This document shows positions 50,610-63,645 of a stretch of 64,000 nt of DNA, piece by piece. The notes under the pieces were generated by a model. It saw nothing but the letters and a program-made list of their open reading frames with translations. It made no database searches and was not told where the DNA came from. The translations under genes were made by a program, and so were the position numbers. Numbering within the stretch: the stretch's first letter is position 1; every line of letters begins with the position of its first letter. The stretch is from Mobula hypostoma (taxonomy: Eukaryota): contig NC_086108.1 of NCBI RefSeq assembly GCF_963921235.1, forward strand, positions 92,196,001-92,260,000, read 5' to 3'.

Positions 50610-53600
50610 TAAAACTGTAAGGCATGGAGCAGAATTAGGCCATTCAGCCTATCGAGCCTGGTCCGCTATTCCATCACGGCTGATCCTGAATCCCACTCAA
50701 CCCCATACACCTGCCATATCGCCATATCCTTTAGTGCCCTGACCGATCAGGAAACTGTCAACTTACACCTTAAATATACCCATGGACTTGGCTTTTACCA
50801 TAGTCCGTGGGAGAGAATTCCACAGATTCACCATTCTCTGGCGACAAAAAAATCCTCCTTACCTCTGTTCTAAAAGGTCACCCCTCAATTCTGAGGCTGT
50901 GCCCTCAAGTTCCAGATAACCCCACTACAGAAAACATCCTCTCCACATCCGCACTATCTAGTCAATTCAATATTTGGTGGCTTTCAATGAGATCCCCCCC
51001 CCCATATTCTTCTAAATTCCAGTGAGTACAGACCCAAAACTGCCAAACATTCCTAATATGTTAATGCCTTCATTCCTAGAATCATTCTTGTGAATTTCCT
51101 CTGGACTCTCTCAAATGACAACACATCCTTTCTGAGATATGGGACCCAAAACTGTTGACAATATTCCAGTGCAGCCTGACTAGTGTCTTATAAAGCCTCA
51201 GCATTATCTCCCTGCTTTTATATTCTATTCCCCTTGAAGTAAATGTCAACATTGCCTTTGCCTTCTTTACCACAGACTCAACCTGTAAATTAACCTTCTG
51301 GGAGTCTTGCACAAGGACTCCTAAGTCCCTTGACACCTCTGATGTTTGAATTTTCTCCCCATCCGCAAACTTTGCCACAAAGCCATCAATTCCATTATCT
51401 AAGTCACTGACAAACAATGTGAAAATTAGTGGTCCCAATACTGACCCCTGAAGAACACCACTAGCCGCTGGCAGCCAACCAGAAAAGGCCCCTTTGATTC
51501 CCACTCACTGTCCCCTGCTTGTCAGCCATTCCTCTGTCCATGCCAGCATCTTTCCTGTAACACCATTTCATCTTTTCACTTCTTATAGCTTTTCAGTTGC
51601 CTTTTGTTAGATTTTAAAAGCTTCCCAATCATCCAACTTCCCACTCATGTTAGCTACCTTATATGCCCTTTCCATAAAACCATAAGACAAAGGAGCAGAA
51701 GTCAGCCATTCGGCCCATCGAGTCTGTTCCTCCATTTAATCATGAGCTGATCCATTCTCCCATTTAGTCCCACTCCCCCGCCTTTTCACCATAACCTTTG
51801 ATGCCCTGGCTACTTTCCTTGACTTTTATGCAGTCCTTAACTTCCCTTGTCAGCAACAATTGCCAACACCTGCCATTTGAGAACTTCTTCTGTGGGACAT
51901 ATTTATCCTATGAATTATTCCCAGAACCTTCAGCCATCTCTGCTCTGCCATCATCCCCACCAGTATCCTCCTCCAATCTACCTGTGCAAGTTCCTTTCTC
52001 ATGCCTCTGCAATTCCCTTTATTCCATTGCGATACTGATACATGTTACTTATGCTTCTCCCTCTCAAATTGCATATGAATTCAATTACATTATGATCACT
52101 GCCTCTTAAGGGTTCCTTTACATTAAGCTTGCTAATAAGATCTGGGATATAATCTAATATAATCTAAGATAGCCTTTCCCCAAGTAGGCTCAAGCACAAG
52201 CTTCTCTAAAAAGCCATCTCATAGGCATTCAACAAATTCCCTCTCTTGTGATTTGACACCAAACTGATTTTCCCAATCCTTTTGCATACTGAAGTTTCTC
52301 ATTAAAATTGTGACATTACCCTCATTACATGCCTTTTCCACCTCCACTTGCAATCTCAACCCCACATCCTTTTTACCCTTGCAGTTTCTTAACTCCAGCC
52401 ACAAAGATTCAGCATTCTCTGACCCTATGTCACCTCTTTCTAAAGATGTAATTCTATCTCTTACCAACAGAGCCACACCACCGCCTATGCCTTCCTCCCT
52501 GTCCTTTTGATACAAAGTATATCCTTCAATGTTACGCTCCCAACTATGGCCTTGTTTCAGCCACGACTCAGTGATGCTCACAGCGTGATACCGACCAATC
52601 TCTAATTGTGCCACAAGTTGGTCCACTTTATTCCAAATGCTATGCACATTTAAATCCTGCGTTTTTACCCTTTTGAATTTTGCCTCTGTGGTACAAACTC
52701 TTTGTTCTGTCTGCAGTTGTACCCAATCATTGGCTTGTCCTTCCTTACATTCATATTACGTATTACATTATCTACTTGTAAAGCAGCTGGTTCATCCTCA
52801 GCTCTAGTAAATCTGCCCACCAGAATATTGGTCCCCCTCGGATTCAAGTGCAACCCGTCCCTTTTGTACAAGGCCCAACTGCCCCAGAAGAGGTCCTAAT
52901 GATCCAGATACCTGAATCCCTGCCCCACTGCTCCAATTCTTCAGCCATACATTTATCTACCACCTCATTCTATTCCTATCCGCACTGGCACAGGCGCAAT
53001 CCCAAGATTACTACTCTTGAGGTCCTGCTTCTTAGCTTCCTTCCTAACTCCCTGTACTGTGTTTTCAGGACATCCTCCCTTTTTCCTACCTATATCATTG
53101 GTAGCAATATGTACCACCACTTCTGGCTGCTCACCCTCCCTTTTCAGGATATTGTGGATGCGTTCAGAAACATCACTGACCCTGGCACGTGGGAGGTAAA
53201 CTATCATCCATGCTTCCTTTTCATGTCCACAGGATCGCCTATCTGTAACCCTGACTATAGAGTCCCCTATTACTGCTGCCCTTCTCTTCAATTCCCTGCC
53301 CTTCTGAGCCACAGGCCAAACTCAGTGCGAGAGGACTTACTACCGAGGGGGACAGCCACAGGGGTGCTCCCCACTATCTGATGTTCTCCCTTCCCTCTCC
53401 AGACAGTCACCTATTTATCTTTCTCCTGTAGCTTTGGTGTGATTGCCTCCCTGTGGCTCCCGTCTATCACTGCTTCACTTTCCCTAACAAGCCAAAAGTC
53501 ATCGAACTGCACCTCCAGTTCCCTAACATGGTCTCTATTGAGCTGCATCTCGATGCAACTGGTGCAGATATAGCCAATGAAGAGGCTGGAGGTTTCCTGG

Positions 53601-53740
53601 AAATCCCGCATCTGACACATAGAACAGAACACTGGCTCTGTAGACATATCCCCTATTCTCTCAAGAGTTAAATAAGAAAAAAGGAGTGAGAAATAAGGAA
53701 TGAATTTTCCTACTTACCTTGTCTCAGCCTGTTCTTACCG
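50610..53740 (-). mobile_element. CR1 LINE spanning ORF1 to the 3' tail, internally deleted and decayed
   Basis: In order: ORF1 Cys/zipper (FCSMCQM...CTSC), SGNH esterase (VIGDSIVR, HIATND, DGLHLN), APE (NKVDQL...ITESWL), RT (SGVLQGSVLGP, AKFAD), 3' tail. A second CR1 tail is nested at about 51674-51812. Confidence 0.92.
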
Positions 53741-54371
53741 AAGCCCTGTTGAGCCAAAGCCTTACTACTCTGACTCAGACTACTCCGACAATGACCACTC
53801 TGCTAGGTGGTACTTCTCTTTTATAGAGACTGGGTTTGTAAAGCTTTCCACCTGACCAGTGCGGGAACATTCCTGTTCCATCTGCGCAGCACTCCAATCA
53901 TAATGAGTAACTGTTAGCGTTAGTAAATGTTAGTGTATGGTGAATGTATCAATCAACTTGCATGTTACAAGATCCCAAAAAAAAGGTAACATGATTATTA
54001 ACTAGTAAACTGCTTAGATAGTGCTGGATTAGGGATGTACAAGGGCTTGTCCATTCTAAGTTTTAAATAGTGCTGTTGGATATGAGATACTAATATAAAC
54101 AAGTTCTTGGTTCAATGTCTTATCCAAAATGCACTACCCTTGTGTCACAGCCTAGTTCATATCATCAAAACCTGAGGGGAGTTTAATCATCAATCTTTCT
54201 GAATAAAAGCAAAAAAGGTATGAGATATTGTTCCCTGCCTTTCAACAAGCAAAGAGTTAAGCTCGATTACAACTATGTGTGAGGCTTTCTGTCATCAATT
54301 CAAACAACTGGCCAAAATCAAAATAAAATGCTGGAAACAGGACCTTAATGCAAAGGGTAAGCTTCTACCAA

Positions 54372-54573
54372 ATACAAAATGCTGGAGGAATTCAGCAAGT
54401 CGGGCAACATCTGTAGGGAGGAATAAAGAGTTGATGTTTTGGCTGAGACTGTTCATGGGAACTCGTAATCCTTCGTAGATATTCCTCCCCATAGATGCTA
54501 CCCATCGTGCTGAACTCCTCAGCATTTTGTGTGTTACACTGGATTTCTAGTGTCTGCAGAACCTCTTGTGTTT
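54372..54573. repeat. Inverted pair of Penelope terminal repeats
   Basis: 54375-54424 is an imperfect reverse complement of 54481-54529. Confidence 0.8.
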
Positions 54574-55039
54574 GTGAAACTAATACCAAAAATATTAATC
54601 TCCTTCAAACTCTGATATTCTGAAACAGATATTGCAGATGAATGTCAGGACTTCTTGACTATTTTAAGCCACAACAAAATATTAAGTTGCTTAAAGTTCA
54701 GTTTTCATGCAGGACATAAAATGATGGAAAATCTTTGTAACAATTAACCACACCTTTTCCTTGTTCATATACTGTACATCTGATTTCTTTATTTTTGAAC
54801 AGGTTAGACAACTGATTTATTGTCACCTTTTAGCTCACTACTAGAACTGCTTGGCATTTTAAAACTTTAGCTCCTAAACTAATTGAAAATATATGGTAGC
54901 AATTTTAAGGCAGTGAATTAGATTTTTATATGGGTGCTGTGGATTCGTCACTAACAGAGTAATAGAGAAAAAAAATGTCATGAAAATTAAAAGTTACAGG
55001 GCAAAGACTACCCATGATAGGGAAAGTATATAAAATAAT

Positions 55040-55400
55040 ATTCAAAGTTCAAAGTAAATTTATTATCAAAGTACTTATATGTCACCCTGAGATTCATTTT
55101 CTTACAGGCATTCACAATGCAATAAAGAATACAATAGTATCAATGAAAAACTGCACACAAAGACTAACAAACAGCCAATGTACAAAAGAAGACTTCCTGT
55201 ACAAATAAAATATTATAATAACGTAAATACTGTACATAAACAACTAATACTGAGAACATGAGTTATGGAGTCCTTTAAAGCAGGTCTATAGGTTTTGGAG
55301 TCAGTTCACTGCGGAGGTGATGAAGTTATCCACGCAGGTTCAGGAGCCTGATGGATGAAAGTTGACAACTGTTCCTGAACCTGGTGGTGCAGGACCTAAG
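55040..55400 (-). mobile_element. Rex1/Babar 3' tail
   Basis: ttcaaagttcaaagtaaatttattatcaaagtac tail and aactgttcctgaacctggtggtg remnant. Confidence 0.7.
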
Positions 55401-56394
55401 GCTAAGCTATAAAAGATTTTTGGAAAACGCATTCTAAAACAGAAATATAATTAATAATAAAAGTAATCACACAATTAAATGCTTTGATTAATAAATTCAG
55501 TGCATCGATTTTATGCCAAACTGATTTACAGCTCATTAGTACTCAATACCAAAAGATAAAGGAATCAATTTATTAGAATTTCATCCAAAATAGTGTTCAG
55601 TAGCTCCTGCCAACTTGCAGCACTCAATCTTGCAGACAGCCTGGCTTGTGCTGTCTGAATTCAGCCAGTTGCTTAACTTTCAACATTTATCTAACATTCA
55701 CAGGAGTAAAGGAAATATCTCGACATTTTCACTCTCTTATTTAAACATTTTCATATTTAGGACTTCTCAAAATTCAATAATGATCTGACACTTGCCGGAC
55801 TTAAGGGAAAATCTCTACTCATTCACTCACAAAGTTTACTCTGTGTTTCCTAGAAATGGAATATCAAGTTGTGATTGCAAACAGATGAAGATAAATAGTC
55901 TTTGAAGTGTGAAATAGGGGACACTTGTTTACATTATAAGTTTTAAGTTTTTCCTTAAACCAATGCCTCTTTTATACAGCAGTTGGAATAGTTATTTCTA
56001 TAAGCTCTTTGAGTACCTGACATTTATGAGTGTCACTGCACTGCCCACATTTAATTGTACAATAGCATACCCAAGAGCTATGAGATTCCCTCCTGATCAA
56101 AACCAAATGTCACGTCCTCTGCACATCCCCCAATCCCAGCTTTGGAAAGGCAGACAAAGAAGATGCTTGGTAAGCCGAAGCCACATAAAAATGGAGAAAC
56201 TGGTTCATTTTATCCAGCAGAGAGTGAATACACAGAGCAACAGGAAGATAGGTCAGTTCCTATAGTCCCTTTCATTAGTTTGTTGGCTTCCACGACTTAA
56301 TGAGATAGATACAAATTTGTGCTCAGTTGCTTAAGTTATAATACAGTGGCAGCTATAAATTGTATTGCCCTTCTGAAATGCAATGAAGCCATGT

Positions 56395-56790
56395 ACATAA
56401 AACATGAGGGCAGAATTAGGCCATTCGGCTCAGCAATTTGCTTCACCATTCGATCATGGCTGATTTATTTTTTTTCCCCGTCAACCTCCTCTTCTGCTTT
56501 CTCCCTGTAATTTTTGACACCCTTACTAATCAAGAAGATATCAACCTCCACTTTAAACATACCAATTGACTTGGTCTCCACAACCATTTGTGGCAATGAA
56601 TTCTGCATTTTCAACATCCTTTGACTAAAGAAATTCCTCCTCACCCCTGTTCTAAAGAGATGTCCTTTTATTCTGAGATTGTGCCCTCTGATCCTAGACT
56701 CTCCCACTATTTGAAACATCCTCCCTATGTCCGCTCTGTCTAAGCCCTTCAATATTCAGTAGATTTCAATCAGATTCCCTCCTCACTTCT
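56395..56790 (-). mobile_element. CR1 LINE 3' end
   Basis: KGLDRADIGRMF...RGHNLRIKGHLFRTGVRRNFFSQR. Confidence 0.85.
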
Positions 56791-56827
56791 AATACACCCA
56801 TCTATGTTTTCATCCAGATTATTTTTT

Positions 56828-57454
56828 TTAGATTAGATTATGAGGACATGCAGTCCTCTTTTATTGTCATTTAGTAATGCATGCATTAAGAAATGATACA
56901 ATATTCTTCTGGTGTGTTATCACAGAAACACAGGACAGACCAAGACTGAAAAACTAACAAAAACCACATAATTATAACATATAGTTACAACAGTGCAACA
57001 ATACCGTAACTTGTTGAAAAACAGGCCATGGGCACAGTAAAAAAGTTCAAAGTCTCTCGAAAGTCCCACATCTCACGCATACGGGAGAAGGAAGAAAACT
57101 CTCCCTGCCATGCCTGACCACAGTCCAACTCTGAGTGTTCCGAAAACTTCGAGCTCCGATCAGCCCTCCGACACCGAGTACCGAGCACCAACCCTGACGA
57201 GCGCTTCGACCCCAGCCTCGGTCGCCAGCAGCAGGAAAGTCGGGGATTTTGGGGCCTTCCCTCCGGAGATTCTCGATCGCGCAGTAGCAGCAGCAGCAGC
57301 GAACCGGGCATTTCAGAAGCTTCTCCAGATGTATCTCTGCGCTTCTCACGTCTGTCTCCATCAAATCAGAATTGTGCGCGGCATTCTACTTACAAATATG
57401 ATATCATTTCACCAGAGAGCTGCGCGCGCTGCGTCGCGTCACCATCTTCTCCTC
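56828..57454 (-). mobile_element. About 650-bp non-autonomous retroelement family, copy 3
   Basis: Collinear with copies 1 and 2; (TCTAA)n tail. Confidence 0.85.
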
Positions 57455-57494
57455 CCACCTATACATAATACATTTGTACATTAATCTGGACACA

Positions 57495-57680
57495 TGAAGG
57501 GTCTCGGCACAAAACATCAAAGTCTAGATCTCTCCACAGATGCTGCCTGGCCTGTTGTGCTCCTCACGCATTTTGAGTTCATTAGTCCAGATGGGAGCTG
57601 ACACAAAACGTCGACAGTCTATTTCTCTCCATAGATGCTGCCTGACATGTAGAGATCCTCCAGCATTTCGTGTGTGCTCA
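57495..57680 (+). repeat. Two tandem decayed Penelope terminal repeats
   Basis: tccacagatgctgcctggcctg and tccatagatgctgcctgacatg units. Confidence 0.7.
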
Positions 57681-57947
57681 CTAAAATTCTACAAAACTTT
57701 CCTTATCCCACATACTCCACAGAGAGTCCAACATGGCTGTAAATGCTCTACATATTTTGATGGGAGCTGCAGCTGATCACAATTCCCTTTGCCATCTCGG
57801 AGATTAGAAATGACTCAGATCTCCCATATCCTACAGGAGGAGGATTCTGCTGCTCTCGCTTCCCTATCTTTTCTACTATGAAAGGGAGGTAAAAAACTTC
57901 ACCTGATTACTAACTTGCCCTTTTTTCCAAACCCTGATGCTCAGCAA

Positions 57948-58700
57948 AGAATCAGAACAAGGTTTATTATCACTGACATACAAGGTAGTGAAAAATCTGT
58001 GCTGCATGTCATTCATACAGATCAATTTCATTATAATAGTGTATTGAGGTAGTACAAGGTAAAACAGAACGCAGGATAATGTGTTACACCTACAGAGAAA
58101 GAAAAGTGCAGGTAGATAAAGCGCGGCGGTGTAGTGGTTAGCATAATGCTTTACAGTACAGGGTTCAATTCCTGCCACTGCCTGTAAGAAGTTTGTACTC
58201 CTTGGAGGCAGCATAGGTTTCCTCCTGGTGCTCCAGTTTCCTCCCACAGTCCAAAGACGTACCGGTTGGTAGACTAGTAGGTCATTGTAAAGTTGTCCTG
58301 TGATTAGGGTAGCACTAAATTGGGGAATTACCGGGGCAGCTCGAAGGGCTACTCCACACTGGATCTCAATAAATAAATAAGGCGCAAGGTCATAATGAGG
58401 TAAGCTATGAGAGCAAGACTCCATCTTATCATATTAGGGAACCATCTAATAGTCTTAAAACAGCAGAATTGAAGCTGTCCTTGATCCTGGCGGCGCATGC
58501 TATCAGGACTTTGAATCATCTGCTCTTTGGGAGTGGAGAGAAGAGAGAATGTCTGGGTTGGTATCTGAATATGCTGACTGCTTTACTGAGGCAGTGGGAA
58601 GTGCAGACACAGTCTATGGATGGGAGACTGGTTTCCACGATGTGCTGGGCCATGTCTATGACTCTCTGCAGTTCCTTGCAGTGTCAGGCAGAGCAGCTGC
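57948..58700 (-). mobile_element. Rex1 3' fragment with a nested plus-strand HE1-like SINE (about 58121-58380)
   Basis: agaatcagaacaaggtttattatcactgacata tail; SINE boxes tagtggttag / ggttcaattcc and an (aaat)n tail. Confidence 0.75.
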
Positions 58701-60405
58701 CAACTAAGCTTTTCATGCCAGATATTAATCTGCCTTTTCTGTTGAAAACACTGACAGACCGGTTGGAGAAGATGTTTTCATTGCATGTTTCACTTAGAAC
58801 TAACTCTTTTATACTTTCAGAATCATTTTCTCAGTAATGGCCAAGACCATGTTTTGTTTTAAATCTGCCATCTTAAACAAAATTATATTTTTCTATTCTT
58901 TTCAGTGATTAACATACTGGATGCATATTTTTGAAGAGCCTTTGTTATATTTTATGCAGCACAGAATACTCATTCAACTATAATTTAAAATTCACATCAT
59001 ACTGAACAAAATAAACAAAAACAAGGTCAGGTTGCTATTTTGTAACTGGCTTGAGGTTCAAGATTATAATGTTTTACTACATCAATATTTTAAAGAACAC
59101 AGAGTTTGCACACAGGGTATTCTTTCATTACAAATTGAAAGAGAGCGATTCCTTTAATATCTTTGCTCAGAACAATGCATAAAAGCCATTGAAAAGCTGG
59201 CAGCTGGTAGTGAGACTCATCAATGTATCTTGTATCAGAGTAATTGGCTTTCTCTGCTTGCCAAAAGGGAATACAACTGGTTTACTGTGGCCTCTAAATG
59301 CACTAATGGGAAATGATCATTTTATCTTCGTGAACACATCAGCTTCTGGTCAGAATGTACTCATTAAGAAACATGGCCAACAGCTTTTAGTTTTTTCACC
59401 TCTTGCTCTTATGGATTGAGTACAGAACTCCAGCTCTGAAGATTTCTCACATACGAGCTGACTAGTCTTGAGAAAGAAATTCTAAAAGAAACCCTATAAG
59501 ATTGAACTCCATTTACTTTGACCTAGATCCCTCTCCTTTTATTATGTTAGGTTGTCCTATAGTGTGAGGTTTCACATTGGTTCTTGTGCCATTATAAACT
59601 GGCGATGACCTGTCAAGGTCTCACAGTAATTTTTTGGAAGACTCACTATTTCTTACCTTCAGAAAGGGGAGGAATAAAGAAACAGATCAATAAATTTCTC
59701 TAGAGCTATGCTTGATCCAAATAGATTATCTTAGCCCCTCACAATCATTTATTTTTCTCCTATCAGTAATCATTTGGAGAGTTGAACTTCAAAAAATATA
59801 TATTAATTTATAGAGTATCGAGGGTGCTTTTTTACTGCTGCAGCTGTCTGTCTTCTTGTTTTCATACGACAGATAGAATTCCTTCCAGAGTTGAAAATGC
59901 TTCAATGCACAGTAGCCATTTCCCCATCACCAGGCGCCAACATCCTGCGCAAAGATACGGAGACTAGGGACGGAACGGTTCACGAGTTACACAGCAGCAC
60001 GGCATCATTCCCAGAAAAAAAAATCAAAACAGATACAAGCCAATGAATCCAAAAGGGAAACACACTGGAACATTTGATTTATGCTATGAATATGTGCTTC
60101 ATTAATTCCCAGAGCTAAACTCTGTTGCATGTTCCTTCTCAGTGATACTTGGCTAACTCATCAGCAACACCATCTGTCTATAATACATCTGCAGGTATTT
60201 TTATTTCTGTAGAAACACAAATTACGTCTTGCTGGTACACCTCAGCTGAGGCAACATAAGCAGATATTTAATACTGGATTTAAAGGAAGCTAAATACTGC
60301 AAACATGCCTGCCCAAAATTATGCAAGTATTCACAGAATCGATAGCATTATTACTTGTACAAATATTGGGCACTCTGTTTGTTTTCCAAAAAAGACCAGT
60401 TACTA

Positions 60406-60975
60406 CACTCAGTGGTCACTTCATTGGGTATGCCTATACACCTGCTCGCTAATGTGTTGGTGGCAGCTCAATGCATAAAAGCATGCAGACAAGGTCAAGA
60501 TGTTCAGTGTGCTGTTCAGACCAAACATCAGAATGGGGAGGAAAGGTGATCTAAGTGACTTTGACCATGGAACAATTGTTGGTGCCAGACCGGGGGGCGG
60601 GGGGTGCGATGGTTTGAATTTCTCAGAGAAAGCTAATCTCTAGGGATTTTCACGCACTAAGTTTCTAGGGTATACAGTACAGAGAATGGTGCAAAAAAAA
60701 TCAAAAGACATCCAGTGAGCAGAAGTTCTGTGGGCAGACACTCCTCACTTATGAGAGAAGTCAGAAGAAAATGGCAGACTGGTTCAAGCTGGCAGGAAGG
60801 CGACAGTAACTCAAATAACCACGCGTTACAACAGTGGTGTGCAGAAGAGCATCTCTGAATACACAACACGTTGAACCTGGAGGTGGATGGGCTACAGCTG
60901 CAGAAGCCCACGAACATACACTCAGTGGCCACTTTAGTAGATACAGGAGGTACCTAATAAAGTGGCCACTGCGTG
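60406..60975 (+). mobile_element. Non-autonomous Tc1-like element with 5' transposase remnant
   Basis: TA-flanked TIRs cactcagtggtcacttcattgggta / tacctaataaagtggccactgcgtg; encodes MGRKGDLSDFDHGTIVGAR. Confidence 0.85.
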
Positions 60976-61938
60976 TATGACTAACCATGTCCTGCAGATC
61001 ATGCTCTCAACTGCTTAGTAAATGTCCCATTGAACATCATCAGAATGCTCAACAGTCTAACAAGCATGTTGCTAAAAGGGTTAACACGGCAGTCTAAATT
61101 TCAGGTGCCTGTGTTTATCCAATGACTTCACACTCTGTTGCATAGCTCCCCTTTGATTTCCAGATTCAGGGATTGCATACTCTGTCATTTCAATGTGCCT
61201 CAGCCTGGGATCATCTGTATCTCTTCAATTATCCCTCTACTTATTACATCTATTAATGCTGCTCCACTGCACTGAAGGTCTCTCGCCCCCTCCCCGCCAC
61301 CAAGAGTTAGTTGCATTCAGATACATATATTACCATGGATTTACTGATTAACTGACACACACTCTGCATACTTTCCCATTTGATTTCTAACATTTAGATT
61401 TTCTGATTAATCTATTCCTGTCTGAGGTCAATCTTCGAATGCCCTTTCTCCGACAACGCTGTTGTACTTCTGCATTATTCAGTTGCCACTCTTCTGGAAA
61501 ATAAATACACTGCTACACGTTATGAATATTTGAATAAAAGAGCCCAACATAATAGGGTGCAACAGATTTGTTCTCCCATTAGCAGAGGAGAGAACAGGCT
61601 GGTTGTTCCCTTCAGAACAATACAAGGGCCCATCTTTTCTGCTCCATTAGTTTATGACACTCTTTCAGTTAACATGGGGTCTGGGAGCATCTCACTACCG
61701 CAATTCCTACCCTTGGTTTGCCTTATGTTAACAACAGCTGCAACATGGTTACAACAGGTGATACTCATTTCCAATTCCCCAATGCAAAAGCAAAAATTCT
61801 GAATATCGGAAAAAATCAAAATTTGAGATGAGAAAGATGTGAAAGCTGAAATGTTTAACGAGAAGATGATGGAGAACTTCTTCACTCAGAGAATGGCGAG
61901 AGTGTGGAACGAGCTGCCGGTGGAAGCAATGGATTTGG

Positions 61939-62432
61939 GTTCATTTTTACTTTACTTAATTGTTGCCAAACAATTGATACTAGAGCGTACAATCATCACA
62001 GCGATATTTGATTCTGCGCTTCCCGCTCCCTGGAGTACAAATTGATAGTAAATAGTAAAAATTTAAATTATAAATCATAAACAGAAAATAGCAAAGGGAA
62101 AGTAAGGTAGTGCAAAAAAAACTGAGAGGCGGGTCCGGATATTTGGAGATATATGGCCCAGATCCGGGTCAGGATCCGTTCAGCAGTCTTATCACAGTTC
62201 GAAAGAAGCTGTTCCCAAATCTGGCCGTACTAGTCTTCAAGCTCCTGAGCCTTCTCCCGGAGGGAAGAGGGAAGAAAAGTGTGTTGGCTGGGTGGGTCGT
62301 GTCCTTGATTATCCTGGCAGCACTGCTCCGACAGCGTGCAGTGTAAAGTGAGTCCACGGACGGAAGATTGGTTTGTATGATGTGCTGGGCTGTGTTCACG
62401 ATCTTCTGCAGCTTCTTCTGGTCTTGGACAGG
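61939..62432 (-). mobile_element. Young Rex1 3' fragment nested in a plus-strand CR1 tail (about 61845-62597)
   Basis: Near-identical to 16800-17280; catttt on both flanks. Confidence 0.88.
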
Positions 62433-63645
62433 ACATTTTCAACATTTAAGAGAAATCGGGGTAAGTGCCTGCTGAGAGGGGTATTGAGGGCTTGGGTTTG
62501 GGTGAAGGCCAATTGGACTAGGCAAAATAATATTTTGACATGGACTAGATGGGCCGAAGGGCTTGTTTTTGTCCAACAGTACTCTATGACTATGACTTTA
62601 AAGTGTTGTCGGGGGCATTTAACCAATAAAGGATGGAGCTTTTGCAGCATCGCATCTTCATGTTGGAAGAGAGCAGGGATTGAACAAGAATGGGAAGGAG
62701 TATTCTGAGAGGGCTAAACAGCAGAACTGGAGGAGCTTTTTCAAAGACAGAGAAAAGAAGAGGCAAAGCGAGGACGAAGAGTATTCCAGAAGTATTCTGA
62801 CCAGTGTACCACTGATCAATGTCATAGTTTCTAAGAGTTTTATACGGTGCCGACTATACATCTTATCTATTAACTTATTTAAAATAATTACTTCACCAAA
62901 TTGGAAATGGGTCAATTACTCACATAACCACTTCCAAATCTCTGTGCAAATTCATTCCATTCCTATAATATCCCCACTGTTTAATCTACTTGTATTGCTT
63001 TGTACTCATCTATATAAACCTGCATCTTCCTGTATCTACTCAGTTGCCCAATTAATTTAGTCCTACACCTACGGCACATTCTCTCCTTCCAGACTGAATC
63101 TCAGGGTAACATATGGTGACATATAAGTAAATTGATAAGAAGTCTACTTTGAACTTTGAATCTGTGTCAGTCAATTTGATCCATTTAAAACTGTATTGCA
63201 CAGGCCTGGTATATTATTCAGAAACCAGTTTAGAAATTTAAAACAAATTACACAGCATCTATATTTATATAGGGCAACCTTCACTAATCTGACTATCTGT
63301 AGTCCAGTTCCTTCGATAATCCGCACTGATTTCAAATTTTCCGTGCAACTGTAATTTCAAATTTTCCGGGCCACCGTACCAATCTGCTGCGCATTGTTTT
63401 GGTTGTGCTAGATCTGTTCACGTGTTGGTGAGCCCTTGTAAGCACAGACAGGTGATTTCTGCTTGTTTTCCTGCATTTATTGATATCATTTGCGTGAGGC
63501 GCAGCTGCCCAGCACCCGCCCATCTCACCCGCCAACAGCTGGGGTGCTGGCGCGCTCTGGGTCCATCCGCCTTCTTGCCCGCCTGCCGGCAGTCGCGCAC
63601 TAACCTCCAGCGTCGCCCAGCCGGCGCTCCGTTCTCTTCTGCCTA

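Noticed and set aside
56066..56169. Possible plus-strand exon ending TTG|gtaagc
   Set aside because: Weak acceptor and unrecognisable peptide.
59873..60046. Possible plus-strand terminal exon (IEFLPELKMLQ... or DRIPSRVENAS...)
   Set aside because: The acceptor is plausible, but neither peptide is recognisable and no supported upstream exon chain was found.
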